Translations under genes and position numbers: made by a program
Shown here: piece after piece, positions 28,943 to 39,700 of the stretch
Numbering within the stretch: position 1 is the first letter of the stretch
Layout of the letters: each line of letters starts with the position of its first letter
Source: a virus
DNA length: 64,000 nucleotides
Direction: 5' to 3' (one strand)
Virus record (IMG/VR): IMGVR_UViG_3300031823_000001
Coordinates: 97,741 to 161,740 of that record
Notes under the pieces: generated by a model
Told to the model about the DNA's origin: nothing
Database searches by the model: none
The model's input: the letters and a program-made list of their open reading frames with translations, nothing else

Positions 28943-29712
28943 TGCCGCACCTGACCCGCCTGGCGGAGTTCTCCGCCCGGGGCACCCTGGTGAAGCCGCT
29001 GCTGCACCAGTTCGTCATGGACCCGAAGGCCGACGTGCCGCTCAACCTGCTGGTGCAGCGGCCGATGCCGCGCCAGCCGGACGGCCGCTTCCACGCCAGC
29101 CAGCATCCCCTGATGGACGAGTTCGAGCTGTACCTGTGGATGACCGGCCAGCTCCCGGACAACGACACGTTCGACGAGTCCAGCTTCAATGTCCGGATGG
29201 CCGTCATGTTCGGCTCGCTCGCGCACGCCGTGATCGAGGCGTTCCTGGCCTGGACGGGGAAGGCGGTCCCGCTTCCGCAGGGGACCTGCGCGAGCTGCGG
29301 GCGGCCGTACCGGGCGCTGCACGCCCGCCCGGACCCGGTCAAGTACTGCACCGAGTTCGGGTTCGCGCACCCGCAGACGCGCTCCTCGGCTCACCTGGAC
29401 GCCGTTCTCGACTTCGGCGACGGCCTGACCGGCTTCGACTTCAAGACCATCTGGCCGCTGGGCCTGAAGGGCGTCCGGGACATGGACACGGCCCAGTTCA
29501 GGGAGAAGTGGCCGAAGTACTGGGCGCAGGGCCAGGAGTGCATGCGGCTGAGCGGCCTGCGCCGGTACATCTTCCTGTTCATGACCATGGGCTCGCCGTG
29601 GGAGACCCGGGAGTTCCACCTGGACTTCGACCACGAGTTCGCGGTGGAGACCGAGGCGAAGTACCTGCGGGTCATCTCCCACATTGAGCGAGGGGTGCCG
29701 ATCGTCGCATGA
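28942..29712 (+). CDS. Cas4/RecB-like PD-(D/E)XK exonuclease
   Basis: FHAS, G..AH, E...HLDAVL...DFKT...Q.Q.CM. Confidence 0.7.
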   Translation: MPHLTRLAEFSARGTLVKPLLHQFVMDPKADVPLNLLVQRPMPRQPDGRFHASQHPLMDEFELYLWMTGQLPDNDTFDESSFNVRMAVMFGSLAHAVIEAFLAWTGKAVPLPQGTCASCGRPYRALHARPDPVKYCTEFGFAHPQTRSSAHLDAVLDFGDGLTGFDFKTIWPLGLKGVRDMDTAQFREKWPKYWAQGQECMRLSGLRRYIFLFMTMGSPWETREFHLDFDHEFAVETEAKYLRVISHIERGVPIVA

Positions 29713-30350
29713 GCATCAGGACGTCATGCACGGGCGCCTCTGTCATCGAGCAGTCCCGGGTGCGGATCCGGCAGTCGAAGCCTGCTCCTGCTCGCCCTCC
29801 CTGGCACCCCCCGGCGCTGACCGACTTCCTGCCGGACCAGGCGGTCGTCGCCTTTGACGCCTCACTGGTGAACACCGGGTGGGCGGTGCTGATGCGCAAC
29901 GGCGGCGGCTTTGACGTCCTGGGTCACGGGACGATCAGGCCGAAGACGGCCGCCGTCGGCTACATGGCTACCTGGGAGCGCGCCAGGCTGCTGGAGCAGG
30001 CCCTGTGGGATGAGGGCCTCGTGGTGCGCTTCATCCGCGCGGACAACATCCTGATGGCAGTGGAGGCTCCCTCGGTCGGCGGCGGCTACCGCACCGAGTC
30101 CAGCCTGGTCGCCGGGCTGACCGTATGGCGCCAGGCTCCCCGCAAGTGCCAGGTGGTCTCAGCGACGCACGTCAGTGCGGTGCTTCTCGGCGCCCCGGAG
30201 ATCAAGAGCACCGAGCGCAAGTCGGCGATCAAAGAGGCGGTCTGCCGCTACGTGCCGGAGGCGGCCGGGCGCGACTTCAATGAGCACGAGCGAGACGCAC
30301 TGTCAGTGGGCCTTACTAGGCTTTTCGACTTGAAGGAGGCAGCGGAATGA
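29709..30350 (+). CDS. RuvC-like resolvase
   Basis: AFDASLVNTGWA, AVEAP, K..IK, HERDALSVG. Confidence 0.75.
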   Translation: MSIRTSCTGASVIEQSRVRIRQSKPAPARPPWHPPALTDFLPDQAVVAFDASLVNTGWAVLMRNGGGFDVLGHGTIRPKTAAVGYMATWERARLLEQALWDEGLVVRFIRADNILMAVEAPSVGGGYRTESSLVAGLTVWRQAPRKCQVVSATHVSAVLLGAPEIKSTERKSAIKEAVCRYVPEAAGRDFNEHERDALSVGLTRLFDLKEAAE

Positions 30351-31048
30351 GCGATGCACAGGCCCAGATCGAGCGCGTGATGGAAGCGTCGGAGGTCCCG
30401 GCCGGGGACGCCCCGGCCGAGAAGACCATGGAGTCCGACCTGCACCCGGACCGGACGCACGAGATGACCCGGGCAGGCTTTGCCCGGATGCGCAGCTCCT
30501 GGGCGGGCGACGACGCGCGCCAGGTGAGCGAACTGGAGGCGCTGTCCGACAAGATCATCCGCAACAGGTTCTCGGTCGCCTTCGGCATCATAGAGCGCAT
30601 CCACGCGCACGTCAGGAGGCAGGCGTTCGACGGGAGGACCGGCGAGTACCTGATTTACGAGGACGGCACCCCGCAGTGGGAGAAGGACGAGTTCGGGGTC
30701 CCCGTCGAGGACTGGGCGTCGCTCTCCGACCGGGACCGGAACAACGTCCTGGGCACCATCATGAGCCACATGTTCGAGTGGGAGCTGGCCAAGGCCAACA
30801 TGTGGGCGCAGGCGATGTACGCCAAGGGCGAGTGGGAGGAGATCTTCGCCCGGGGCTTCACGTCGCTGCCGGGCCATGTCGTCTCGGGCAAGCCGACGAT
30901 CGAGGACCGCACCCAGTGGGCGCAGAAGAACGCGGCGCAGGAGCGGTACTTCGCGCTGTGGCAGTCCTCGCTGTCGAGGAAGGCCGACGGGGTCGTGAGG
31001 GTCATGACGGGCTTCCAGCGGATGCTGGAGAACACCCGGGCCGGGTAG
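30347..31048 (+). CDS. Hypothetical phage protein
   Basis: AAGGAGG RBS; strong codon bias. Confidence 0.75.
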   Translation: MSDAQAQIERVMEASEVPAGDAPAEKTMESDLHPDRTHEMTRAGFARMRSSWAGDDARQVSELEALSDKIIRNRFSVAFGIIERIHAHVRRQAFDGRTGEYLIYEDGTPQWEKDEFGVPVEDWASLSDRDRNNVLGTIMSHMFEWELAKANMWAQAMYAKGEWEEIFARGFTSLPGHVVSGKPTIEDRTQWAQKNAAQERYFALWQSSLSRKADGVVRVMTGFQRMLENTRAG

Positions 31049-31083
31049 CCGCCGTAAATACCTGAAAGGGCAGGGGGAGCGTC

Positions 31084-31602
31084 TTGTGGCGCTCCCCCTT
31101 CCGTGCTTTATCATCGCGCTGTGAACCCTGTATTTATTCTTTTCTCAGTGGCGTTTGCCCAGGCAGGGGGTGCGAGATAGACCCTAAGCTGCTCGTCCGG
31201 CTGCTGCGTAACTTGCAGTTCTTCTACTCTTTGTACCTTTCCGAGGGAATAGACACCGTAACTGGTCCCGACGGCGATCTCTATTCAATCTTCGATGTTA
31301 TTGGCATATTCGAGAAGAGAAAGACCCTCTTGAGCCCGCAGCGTGCGAAAGCGGTCGAACTGGTATTTTACCGGGACATGACCGAGCGGGAGGCCGCCCT
31401 CGCCATGGGGCTAGCCCCCGGGGCACCGGTCTCCTCCTACGCCAGCCAGGGCGCGAAGCTGCTGGCCGCCGCGTGGCCGGGGGACCCGTGGCTGGGAGAG
31501 GCGGCGGCGTTATGCCCTACGACCGGAAGAACATGCGGCTGCGCCACGGTACCTGCCGGGAACTGGAAGACCAGGCCGACGCCCTGCTGTGGGAGTCGCT
31601 GA
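31084..31602 (+). CDS. Sigma-70 region-4-like HTH protein (start uncertain)
   Basis: LSPQRAKAVELVFYRDMTEREAALAMG. Confidence 0.55.
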   Translation: MWRSPFRALSSRCEPCIYSFLSGVCPGRGCEIDPKLLVRLLRNLQFFYSLYLSEGIDTVTGPDGDLYSIFDVIGIFEKRKTLLSPQRAKAVELVFYRDMTEREAALAMGLAPGAPVSSYASQGAKLLAAAWPGDPWLGEAAALCPTTGRTCGCATVPAGNWKTRPTPCCGSR

Positions 31603-31853
31603 AGGGTGTCACCAGCCGGGAGGCCAAAAGCGACGTCCTGACTCCGTGGAAGCAGCAGGACAGGCTCGACCACGAGGTCTACACAGGTACCGGCACTGCC
31701 GACCCGGCCGTCCGCAAAGGGCAGTTCAGCCGGGTGTGGAACAGCAAGTACCCGCACCTGAACTCCCGCGACGGCCACTACCCGGTGCGCCGCGCGCAGG
31801 ACGGGCTGGACACCTTCGTAACCGGCGACGACAGCCATGACGAAGGAGAGTAG
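31512..31853 (+). CDS. Hypothetical protein
   Basis: ATG at 31512; high GC3. Confidence 0.55.
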   Translation: MPYDRKNMRLRHGTCRELEDQADALLWESLKGVTSREAKSDVLTPWKQQDRLDHEVYTGTGTADPAVRKGQFSRVWNSKYPHLNSRDGHYPVRRAQDGLDTFVTGDDSHDEGE

Positions 31854-32463
31854 GCCCGGTCTCAAGGTCGTCGTCACCGACGAGCAGACGTGGGAGAAGC
31901 CGTACGAGTGGAGCTGCGGGGCGTGCCGTTCCCCGTACGGCGACCAGATTGACCAGGCGCTGGCCGAGGGGTGGAGCTACAAGGCGGTCCGCAAGTTCTT
32001 CGCCGGCCGCAAGCCCGCCTGCCCCAACGAGGTGATCCTCCGCCACCACGTCGATTCCGCCCACCTGATCCCCCCGCACTTGAAGGCCCGTCTGGCGTTC
32101 GAGGAGGCGGCGGCCGGGCGCGGAGACGACACCGGAACCTCCTCGGCGCGGGGCGAGGACGCCCTGGCGGCGATCATCCGCCAGGGCACCGCCCAGCTTC
32201 TGGGCGGCATGACGGACGTCCGCGCCTCCGACGTGGTGGCGGCGGTGCGGCTCCAGGAGCAGATCGCCGCGCGCCGCGACGGCGAAGGGGTGGAGGCCTC
32301 CGTCTGGCAGTCAGCGCTGATGGAGTTCTTCGAGATCGTCCGGGGTCACCTGACGCCGGCCCAGTGGAAGCAGTTCGTGGGAGAGGTGTACTCCTCCGAG
32401 CCGCTGCGCCGGGTGCTCACCAGCGACGACCGCGCACTGCCCGGAGGAGCAGATGGCCACTGA
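31837..32463 (+). CDS. Zn-binding/HTH protein, candidate terminase small subunit
   Basis: CGAC...IDQALAEGWSY...H...H; lies upstream of terL. Confidence 0.45.
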   Translation: MTKESRPGLKVVVTDEQTWEKPYEWSCGACRSPYGDQIDQALAEGWSYKAVRKFFAGRKPACPNEVILRHHVDSAHLIPPHLKARLAFEEAAAGRGDDTGTSSARGEDALAAIIRQGTAQLLGGMTDVRASDVVAAVRLQEQIAARRDGEGVEASVWQSALMEFFEIVRGHLTPAQWKQFVGEVYSSEPLRRVLTSDDRALPGGADGH

Positions 32464-32854
32464 CGTCTTGGATTTGTACGACCACGAGGTAGAGGAGATC
32501 CTCCAGCTCCAGTTGAAGCTGAACGACAAGGCGCGGTACGGCCGCCACAACTACACCGACTTCGAGCGGGAGATCCGCGAGCGGTTCGCCGGGATCGGCT
32601 TTACCGTCGAGGTGAGCTGGTACGGCTTCTCCGTGGGCGGCCAGCCGCAGGACGGCGCGATGCCCGAGGTCACCGTCACCGGCCGCACTGACGCGAAGCA
32701 CGTCTTCGACAAGGACCGCCAGGTGCACGAGGTCACCAACAACGTCCTCGGCATCCCCGGGGAAGAGGGCGTCATCAAGGCCGACCCGGACACCGTGAAG
32801 AACTTCCTGGACGGGAACGGAGGGCACGGCCATGGGCACGGACACTCCCACTAA
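32453..32854 (+). CDS. Hypothetical phage protein with His-rich tail
   Basis: GGAGG RBS. Confidence 0.7.
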   Translation: MATDVLDLYDHEVEEILQLQLKLNDKARYGRHNYTDFEREIRERFAGIGFTVEVSWYGFSVGGQPQDGAMPEVTVTGRTDAKHVFDKDRQVHEVTNNVLGIPGEEGVIKADPDTVKNFLDGNGGHGHGHGHSH

Positions 32855-33296
32855 GTCCCTGCTGGTGCAGGAGGCCCCCTACCCCGACACCCTCCAGGAC
32901 CTGGTGGACAGCCTGGTCTACCGGCCGGGCTGGAAGTTCCGCCTGGCGCGCCTCGACCGGGGCCAGGGGAGCATCGGGCTGACCCTGGTCATCACGACGC
33001 TGGGCTATGACGCCTATCACGTGGACCGGGGCGAGACGTACCAGGTGAACCACTACATGCTGGTGCCCCCGGCCGCCTACAACCAGCCGTCGTGGCGGAT
33101 GTGGCTGTTCGAGCAGATCCTCCTCGTGGAAAAGCACGAGGCGATGGAGTTCTTCGCCTTCCTGTCCGAGAAGAAGATCACGCGCCCGTACGCGCCGAAC
33201 CACGGTTTCGGATGGGACCCGTACCTGGTGACTGAAGTCTCCTGGGACAGGGACCGCCGTACTAACTTCCGGAACGAGCTTTCCCCGGAGGCCTGA
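32832..33296 (+). CDS. Hypothetical phage protein
   Basis: High-GC3 ORF; TGATG coupling at 33294-33298. Confidence 0.65.
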   Translation: MGTDTPTKSLLVQEAPYPDTLQDLVDSLVYRPGWKFRLARLDRGQGSIGLTLVITTLGYDAYHVDRGETYQVNHYMLVPPAAYNQPSWRMWLFEQILLVEKHEAMEFFAFLSEKKITRPYAPNHGFGWDPYLVTEVSWDRDRRTNFRNELSPEA

Positions 33297-34102
33297 TGGC
33301 TGTCGGCCGGTGGGACGCCCCGGACACCACGGCCGCCGGGCCGCTCGACGTCTATGCTCTAAGGAGGTTGCCCAGGCGCCGCGCTAACGGTCCTGGGCTG
33401 GAAGACCTGTGTGGAGGTCCCCCCATGGCTTCAGTGTACGTCTTTTCTGGTACCCCGAGCTGCACGGTGTGCGGCGTTCCGGTGCGAAGCGACAACAAGG
33501 TCGGTATCTGCGACCGGACTCCGGCATGTCGCCGTGTCCGTGCCCAGCTCGCTTATACCCCTGCTAAATGGGAGTTCTCCTGTTCTGTCTGCGACAGGGG
33601 TATCAGGGCCGACAATCACTCAGGCGTCTGCCAGAGGTCACCTGAGTGCCGGAGAGAACATGACCGTCGCCGCCATATCGCGAACCGGGCGAAGCGGCTT
33701 GCGGTCCAAAAGCAGTACCGGGACCGTCCCGGACGCGCATGCCGTTACTGGGCGTCCGGGTGCACTGAGCATGCCGTAATCGGAGGTCACGCCTGCCGGG
33801 AGCATGCCCGTCAAGAGGGCCGAGCCTTGCATGCAGCACACCGGACCAACCTCGTTAACCGGCTTGCGGAAGCACAGCACTGGATTTGCACGTGGGAGAT
33901 CTGCTGGCAGCCGATTCTTCCGGACCACCAGGTCGAGATCGATCACATCATCCCGATCTCCTCGGGCATCGTCATCCAGGATGAATGGAATCTCCAGGTC
34001 CTTCACCAGGGGTGCAACCGAGCGAAGGGGAGCAAGATCACTGGCCAGAGCGTGAGATTGGCATGGAAACACGGAATAGAGCTGATCTCAGTTGGCGATT
34101 AG
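33296..34102 (+). CDS. HNH homing endonuclease with Cys-rich repeats, in frame with a terminase N-terminal remnant (own RBS and ATG at 33425)
   Basis: C...C...IDHIIP...WNLQVLHQGCNRAKG; repeated CxxC...N..G.C.R.P.C; lower GC. Confidence 0.85.
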   Translation: MAVGRWDAPDTTAAGPLDVYALRRLPRRRANGPGLEDLCGGPPMASVYVFSGTPSCTVCGVPVRSDNKVGICDRTPACRRVRAQLAYTPAKWEFSCSVCDRGIRADNHSGVCQRSPECRREHDRRRHIANRAKRLAVQKQYRDRPGRACRYWASGCTEHAVIGGHACREHARQEGRALHAAHRTNLVNRLAEAQHWICTWEICWQPILPDHQVEIDHIIPISSGIVIQDEWNLQVLHQGCNRAKGSKITGQSVRLAWKHGIELISVGD

Positions 34103-36215
34103 CCGGTGGCAGGCTCCCGAGACGCAGACTGCTGGACCGCTCGATGTCATGGAGTGGTTCAACGGGCCGCCTGTGCCCGACCCGGTTACGTTCATCACCG
34201 GAGAAGACTGGCTCGATAAGCCGCAGGCTTATCCTCGCCAGATCACGCTCATCAAGATCATCTTCTTGCGGGACGATCTCTTCACTGACTATGACAGGGC
34301 GGTCATCAGTGAGTGGCAGCGCAGATTCCAGGAGACTAATCCTGAGGCTGGCGACGGAAAGTTCAGCGCTCAGACTAAGGGTCTACAGCCTGACCTGTAC
34401 GAGAGAATGGCGTACCTCAAGAGACGCGGATACAAATGGTTCCCGGAACTCATTCTTGCTATCGGAAGGCGTGGGTCAAAGGGGTACCTGTCAGCCTTGT
34501 GCATGGCGTACGTTCTGTGGAACTACCTGTCTCTTGGTGATCCTCAATCTCATTACGGAATTGACGTCAACAAGCCACTCGCGTGCGCCGTCTTCGCGGG
34601 AAAGAAACAGCAGGCGATCGAGAACCTGTGGGGTGACCTGTACGGCGTACTGACTAGCGCGCCCTGTTTCACGCCTTACATCTCCGAGGCCCAGGTAGAG
34701 AGCCTGACCATCTACGCGCCATATGATTTCGTGCGGATGCGGAAGATGGCACAGCGAGGGATCATCTCGTCCAAGGACATGGCTACGTTTCGCATCGTTC
34801 CCCGGGAGTCCACCCCGCTAGCGCCCCGTGGCCCGGCCGGCTGCATCCTCGCGTTCGACGAAGCAGCTCACGTGAAGAATGCCGGGGTGACGAGAGAGTT
34901 CGGAGTTGTCTACGGCGCGGCCAAGCCGAGCCTTGATCAGTTCGGGACCGATGGCTTCACCGTGCTCCCGTCGTCCACCTGGGAGATGATCGGGAAGTTC
35001 TACGAGCTGTGGGAGCTGTCTCTTCAGCGTGAGCCTGCCCCGGAGCCGGGCGAGACGATGCCCGCCTACCCCACCAAGTTCATGGTCCAGATCGAGTCTT
35101 GGGCGATCTACGAGGACTGGGAGAAGGCCCATCTCCTGCCGCTGTTCCCGCCGGGATTCACGGGAGACCTGAACGAGTACGACCCGGAGAACTTGCCTCT
35201 CCTCAAGCCCCTCAAGGGCGCGATCCAGGCTTACGACGAGGAAATGGCCCGCGAGGAGAAGGCCAACCCCGATACGTTCCGGGTCGAACGGCGCTCAGAT
35301 TGGGCGACAGCCCTCGACGCCTACCTCAACACGCAGAAGATCGAGGAGATGTTCAGTCCCTGGGCGGAGCGCGACTCCCGGTTCGGCCGACCGGAGTTGT
35401 TCATGACCTCTAAGGGTCCCTTGTCGATCGACTACACGGCGCATGGCGACCCGTCAATGGTGAACTGCCGGTTCGGCTTCGCCGTCGCCCACCAGGAGCC
35501 GGGCCCGGACGGGATGAACCACGCCGTCTTCGACCTGATCCACTACTGGGACCCGGCCGATTTCGAAGATCATATCATCGACTACGACGTGCCGATCGAG
35601 TGGATCTTCGATAACGTCGTGCTGAAATTCCAGCCAGACGAACTGACCTTCGACCAATTCAACAGTGTTGCCTCGGTGCAGGCGCTCCAGAAGAAAGTGC
35701 GTGGGGCGCACCTCCAGAAGAACGTCATGGTCTACGAGCGGACCGCGACAGCCGCGTTGAACTGGAGCACGTGGGAGACGTTCAAGGCTGCCTTGAACAT
35801 GGGCCTCGTCCACGCCCCTCCCCACGGGGAGGCCAAGGACGAGCTGCGCTTCTTGCAGAAGCCAGAAGGACAGCAAAAGGTCGTGCACCCTGAGTCAGGC
35901 CCCGTCAGGACGAAGGACATCGCCGACTGCCTGGCTATCTCAACCGCCCGGCTGCTCGGCGAGCAGATGAAGGCCTATCTCGCCAAGGACCTGCGCAACC
36001 AGCGCCCGCACATGAGCCAGCCGGGCGGCCGGGACGCGCTTGACCGTTTTGCCCCCGACTCGGTAAATCCTCTCGCCGCCGAGCTTGGATCGGCCCAGGG
36101 GCGGGGAGGACTGTCGAGGGGGTTCCGGCCGGGCATGGCGCCGAGGATGGGGCGCCTCCAGCAGCAGGCCAGGTACGGGAACACCCCGGGGGCGATGCGC
36201 CGAGGGCGCTCGTGA
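34092..36215 (+). CDS. terL: Terminase large subunit
   Basis: Walker A GRRGSKG, Walker B LAFDEAAH, nuclease motifs HGDPS, FDQFNS, KDIAD. Confidence 0.85.
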   Translation: MAISRWQAPETQTAGPLDVMEWFNGPPVPDPVTFITGEDWLDKPQAYPRQITLIKIIFLRDDLFTDYDRAVISEWQRRFQETNPEAGDGKFSAQTKGLQPDLYERMAYLKRRGYKWFPELILAIGRRGSKGYLSALCMAYVLWNYLSLGDPQSHYGIDVNKPLACAVFAGKKQQAIENLWGDLYGVLTSAPCFTPYISEAQVESLTIYAPYDFVRMRKMAQRGIISSKDMATFRIVPRESTPLAPRGPAGCILAFDEAAHVKNAGVTREFGVVYGAAKPSLDQFGTDGFTVLPSSTWEMIGKFYELWELSLQREPAPEPGETMPAYPTKFMVQIESWAIYEDWEKAHLLPLFPPGFTGDLNEYDPENLPLLKPLKGAIQAYDEEMAREEKANPDTFRVERRSDWATALDAYLNTQKIEEMFSPWAERDSRFGRPELFMTSKGPLSIDYTAHGDPSMVNCRFGFAVAHQEPGPDGMNHAVFDLIHYWDPADFEDHIIDYDVPIEWIFDNVVLKFQPDELTFDQFNSVASVQALQKKVRGAHLQKNVMVYERTATAALNWSTWETFKAALNMGLVHAPPHGEAKDELRFLQKPEGQQKVVHPESGPVRTKDIADCLAISTARLLGEQMKAYLAKDLRNQRPHMSQPGGRDALDRFAPDSVNPLAAELGSAQGRGGLSRGFRPGMAPRMGRLQQQARYGNTPGAMRRGRS

Positions 36216-36296
36216 CACAAGATCACCGGCACCTTACCCTTGGGTAAGGAACATGTGCCGGAAGTGAAACGCTGTAAAGGCGGGAAGGAGATGTCC

Positions 36297-36596
36297 ATGA
36301 GCAGGAGCGGAGCCGGAACTGTCCGGACGGGCGTGCACGTGAGTGCGGCGCCCTCGGGCTGCGGCGCCTGCGGGCACCCCTACACCCTGCACAGCAACGG
36401 CAGGACCGGCTGCAAGGCGGCCGGCTGCAACGCGGGCCCCGCCGAGCCGTGCGGCGAGTGCCACGGCACCACCTTCAGCCTTGTCGCGGGCGTCGAGTGC
36501 ACCGTCTGCTCCGGCCGGGGCTCTGTCCCGGCGCCGTGCCCGGGGTTCACCTCCCGCGACCGGGTGCACGAGGCGGTCGAGCTGCTAGCCTCGTAA
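36297..36596 (+). CDS. Small Cys-rich Zn-finger protein
   Basis: AAGGAG RBS; CGACGH...H...C...C and CxxCxG repeats. Confidence 0.65.
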   Translation: MSRSGAGTVRTGVHVSAAPSGCGACGHPYTLHSNGRTGCKAAGCNAGPAEPCGECHGTTFSLVAGVECTVCSGRGSVPAPCPGFTSRDRVHEAVELLAS

Positions 36597-36679
36597 TCCT
36601 CGTCTGGTAGCAAGATCACGAGCAGCCTCCCGTGGAAGACATGGGAGGCTGTCGCTTTCTGTCCGTCCTCCCTTACCCG

Positions 36680-36702
36680 AATACGGGCTTTCTTGATAAG
36701 GT
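36680..36702 (+). promoter_or_regulatory. Conserved promoter motif driving polyprotein 1, probably leaderless
   Basis: AATACGGGCTTTCTTGATAAGGT, seven nt before ATG 36710. Confidence 0.7.
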
Positions 36703-36709
36703 GGACGGC

Positions 36710-39700
36710 ATGGCGTCGATTCAGGGCGACGGTCACGGCACTGACTGGGACCGTGTCTTCCGGGAGAAGGACCCCCGCCTCACCGAGGTGCACCGGGGCC
36801 TGCGCATCTGGCCGGACTACGACGCCTACCAGCACGCCCACGACAAGTCCGTCCCGGTCGCCGAGCGCGCCCACGCGCTGCTCGGCCACATCGGCGACCT
36901 CATGAGGCGCGAGCATCGTGGCATCGGCATGAGCTGGAGCGACAGCCCGACCCTAGCCCGGCAGGCCGCCGGGGAGGGCGGCTGGAGCCATCACGGGCTG
37001 ACCGGGCGCCCGGACCCTGAGAGCCCGGACTACGATGACCGGCCCTTCCACATGCCGGTGGTGCTGAACGCGGCGTGGCCTGAGAAGGAGCACATCGAGA
37101 CGCGCCCGCACGTCCTTGACCGCCACGGCGTGTTCCCCTATGACGACGCGGAGATGTCGCAGGGCGAGGTCCCCGTCCGGAATGGTGCCCCGGTGCGGGT
37201 CACCGGGATCTCCTGGGCGAAGGACGGTACCGAGCGCGACACCTGGAACCACCACGTCTTCGACCACCCGGTGCACTACAACGGCACGGAATTCGAGCCC
37301 CACGGTCCTGGCCACGAGCACACCGCCGCGCTACTGGAGCACTTCGAGGCAGCGGAGGGTGACGGCCGCCGCTACTACCACGCCAGCGACGAGGACTTCG
37401 AGCCCGGCGACACCGTGTCCGGCGGCCACCGGCTCGACGACCTGTACCTGGCCGACACCATCCCGGGCGCGCACAAGTACTACACCTCGGGCAACGTCTA
37501 CGAGATCGAGCCCCATGACGATCCGCAGCCGTCGATGAAGGGCGAGTACACGGTGCCGTCGGGCACCGTAAAGCGCAGGGTGCCGTCAGAGGAGGTCAGC
37601 AAGGCCGTCCGGGACGCCTACAACGCACCCGACCAGAAGGCCGCGCGGGACCGCACCAACCGCCGCCAGCGCGAGCACTCCTGGCGCGTCAAGAACGACC
37701 GCTGGTACCACGGCTACGGCGGCCAGGACAAGCCCGGCTGGGACGAGTACCAGTCCCACTGGTTCCCTGAGGGCATCGAGAACGCGACGGACGAGCAGTC
37801 GGAGGCGTCCCGGCACGGCAGTCCCCTGCCGCCGGAGATCCACCGCTGGATTCACGGGACGGAGGCCGCCGTGCAGCCGATCGACCTCTACCACCACACC
37901 ACTCCGGAGAATGCCGCCGCGATCATGCGCGAGCGGAAGATGAAGTCGGCCGAGCGAGGGCCGGACGGCCGTCTCTCAGCGTTCTTCACCACCGACCCGT
38001 CTCCCTTGGAGAGCCAGGCGGGCAGGCGGGGGAGCGCCACGGTTCACGTCCGGGTGCCCGAGCACCTGACCTGGGTGGAAGACGAGTTCCCGTCGGGCGA
38101 GCAATGGCACGGGATTCCGCTGGCAGAGCTGCGGCCTGAGCACTTCGTGGACTCCGAGATCAGCCGGGAGGCATCCGTGCAGCATCATGGCATCAGCGGG
38201 GAGAGTGCCCCGGAGAGCGCGGACATCTTCGCCGAGCCGACCGGGATCAGCCCGGTGGGCTCCCACCACGCGGACCTGATGCGCCACCCGGAGAGGTCCG
38301 TCCGGGTGAACGGGCGCGGGGAGAGCGAATGGGTGCACCCGCACCTGACCGCCCCGGACCACGGCCCGTACTACGTCGCCCGCGACCCCGGGGATCCGGA
38401 CGGCAACGAGGGCACCCTGCATGTCCTGGACCGCAACGGCCACGCGACTCACCGGCCCTACAAGGGCGGTAGCTGGCAGCACGCCAATGCCTACCGGGAC
38501 TGGCACCGGCTGACCTACCGCCAGGACCCGGAGGGGGAGGGGACTGAGCGCGACGTCCCCTCGATCATGGAGGACCACCAGCGGCACCTGTCCGCGAACC
38601 CGCCGCAGTTCCCGCATTCCCGCACCGACCCCCGCGACACCGAGATCCTGAGGCGGCCGGACGCCCGGGTGGCGCGGCCGGAAGGGTACAGCCCGAGTGA
38701 CGAGTACCACGGCTCCTACGAGGTGGTGCGGCACCCGGACACCGGCCGGTTCCACGTCGTGGACAACCAGGGCCGTCACGCCGGCGCCGGCTATGACGGC
38801 GCGCCCACGCAGATCGGCGCGGAGCGGTCCCGCGACTATATCGAGAAGCGCCAGATGGGCAAGGAGCGCGCCCGGGGCATCGCCGACAAGCTCATGGGCG
38901 GCGGCATGGAGGCTCTCGACCCGGGCGGCACGGCGGAGTCCCGCGAGTCCGAGGCGAATATGGCTGCGGCCTCGGACATGATGGGCCGTTACGAGGGCGG
39001 CCGGGGCAAGGTCAAGTTCGACTCCGACGAGGAGGGCGGGCGTCCCTACTACGAGCGGGAGCACCACCTGCCGAACGGGCAGGCCTCCGGCTGGTACGCG
39101 AAGCACTACGGCGGCCCTTCCGCCGACGTCTACCACCGGGCGACTGGCGACCTCTCCTACGCCCTGCTGCGGTTCCCGGTGCACCCGGAGGACGAGGGCA
39201 GCATGACCCCGCGCCTGCACCCGGCCTTCCGCGACGAGCACCTGGCGGAGTCGCTGAAGAACTGGCACGACAACGAGGAGAGCCAGGAGCGGCAGTCCCT
39301 GGAGGCGGCCGACCCGAGGATCAGCCGCTGGAAGCAGCAGCGCCTCGGCTCGCAGCACGAGGTGGTCGCCCACTTCGAGGAGACGGCCGCCGCGCAGGAC
39401 CCGGACGAACGCCCCTTCGGCTACTACACCCTGCGCCACCGCACCGAGGACCTCGGCGAGCGCAAGCCCCGCCATTTCATCGAGGCCCACACCCCCGAAG
39501 GCAGCGTCGTCGGGCGGATGAACTGGTTCGGGACGACCGGCTGGGTGCACCACATCGACGTGGCAGGCGAGGAGGACGACGTCGGCAACGGGTTGTCCTC
39601 GATCGGCGACGGCCGCGACCACCAGGGACGCGGCCTGGCTACCGCCATGTGGGACTGGTCGCAGGAGATGCGGCCCAAGGCGAAGCACTCCAAGGACCAG

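Noticed and set aside
28942-29712. CRISPR-Cas system suggested by the Cas4-like nuclease and DinG
   Set aside because: No repeat-spacer array or other cas genes were seen. Solo Cas4-like nucleases are common in phage recombination modules.
33296-34148. Group I intron in terL
   Set aside because: The interval is almost fully coding with no room for a recognisable ribozyme core. The duplicated N-terminus is better explained by an intronless insertion.
36632-36709. Upstream GTG start for polyprotein 1 given by the ORF track
   Set aside because: The extension overlaps the conserved promoter motif. ATG 36710 sits at the expected leaderless start.
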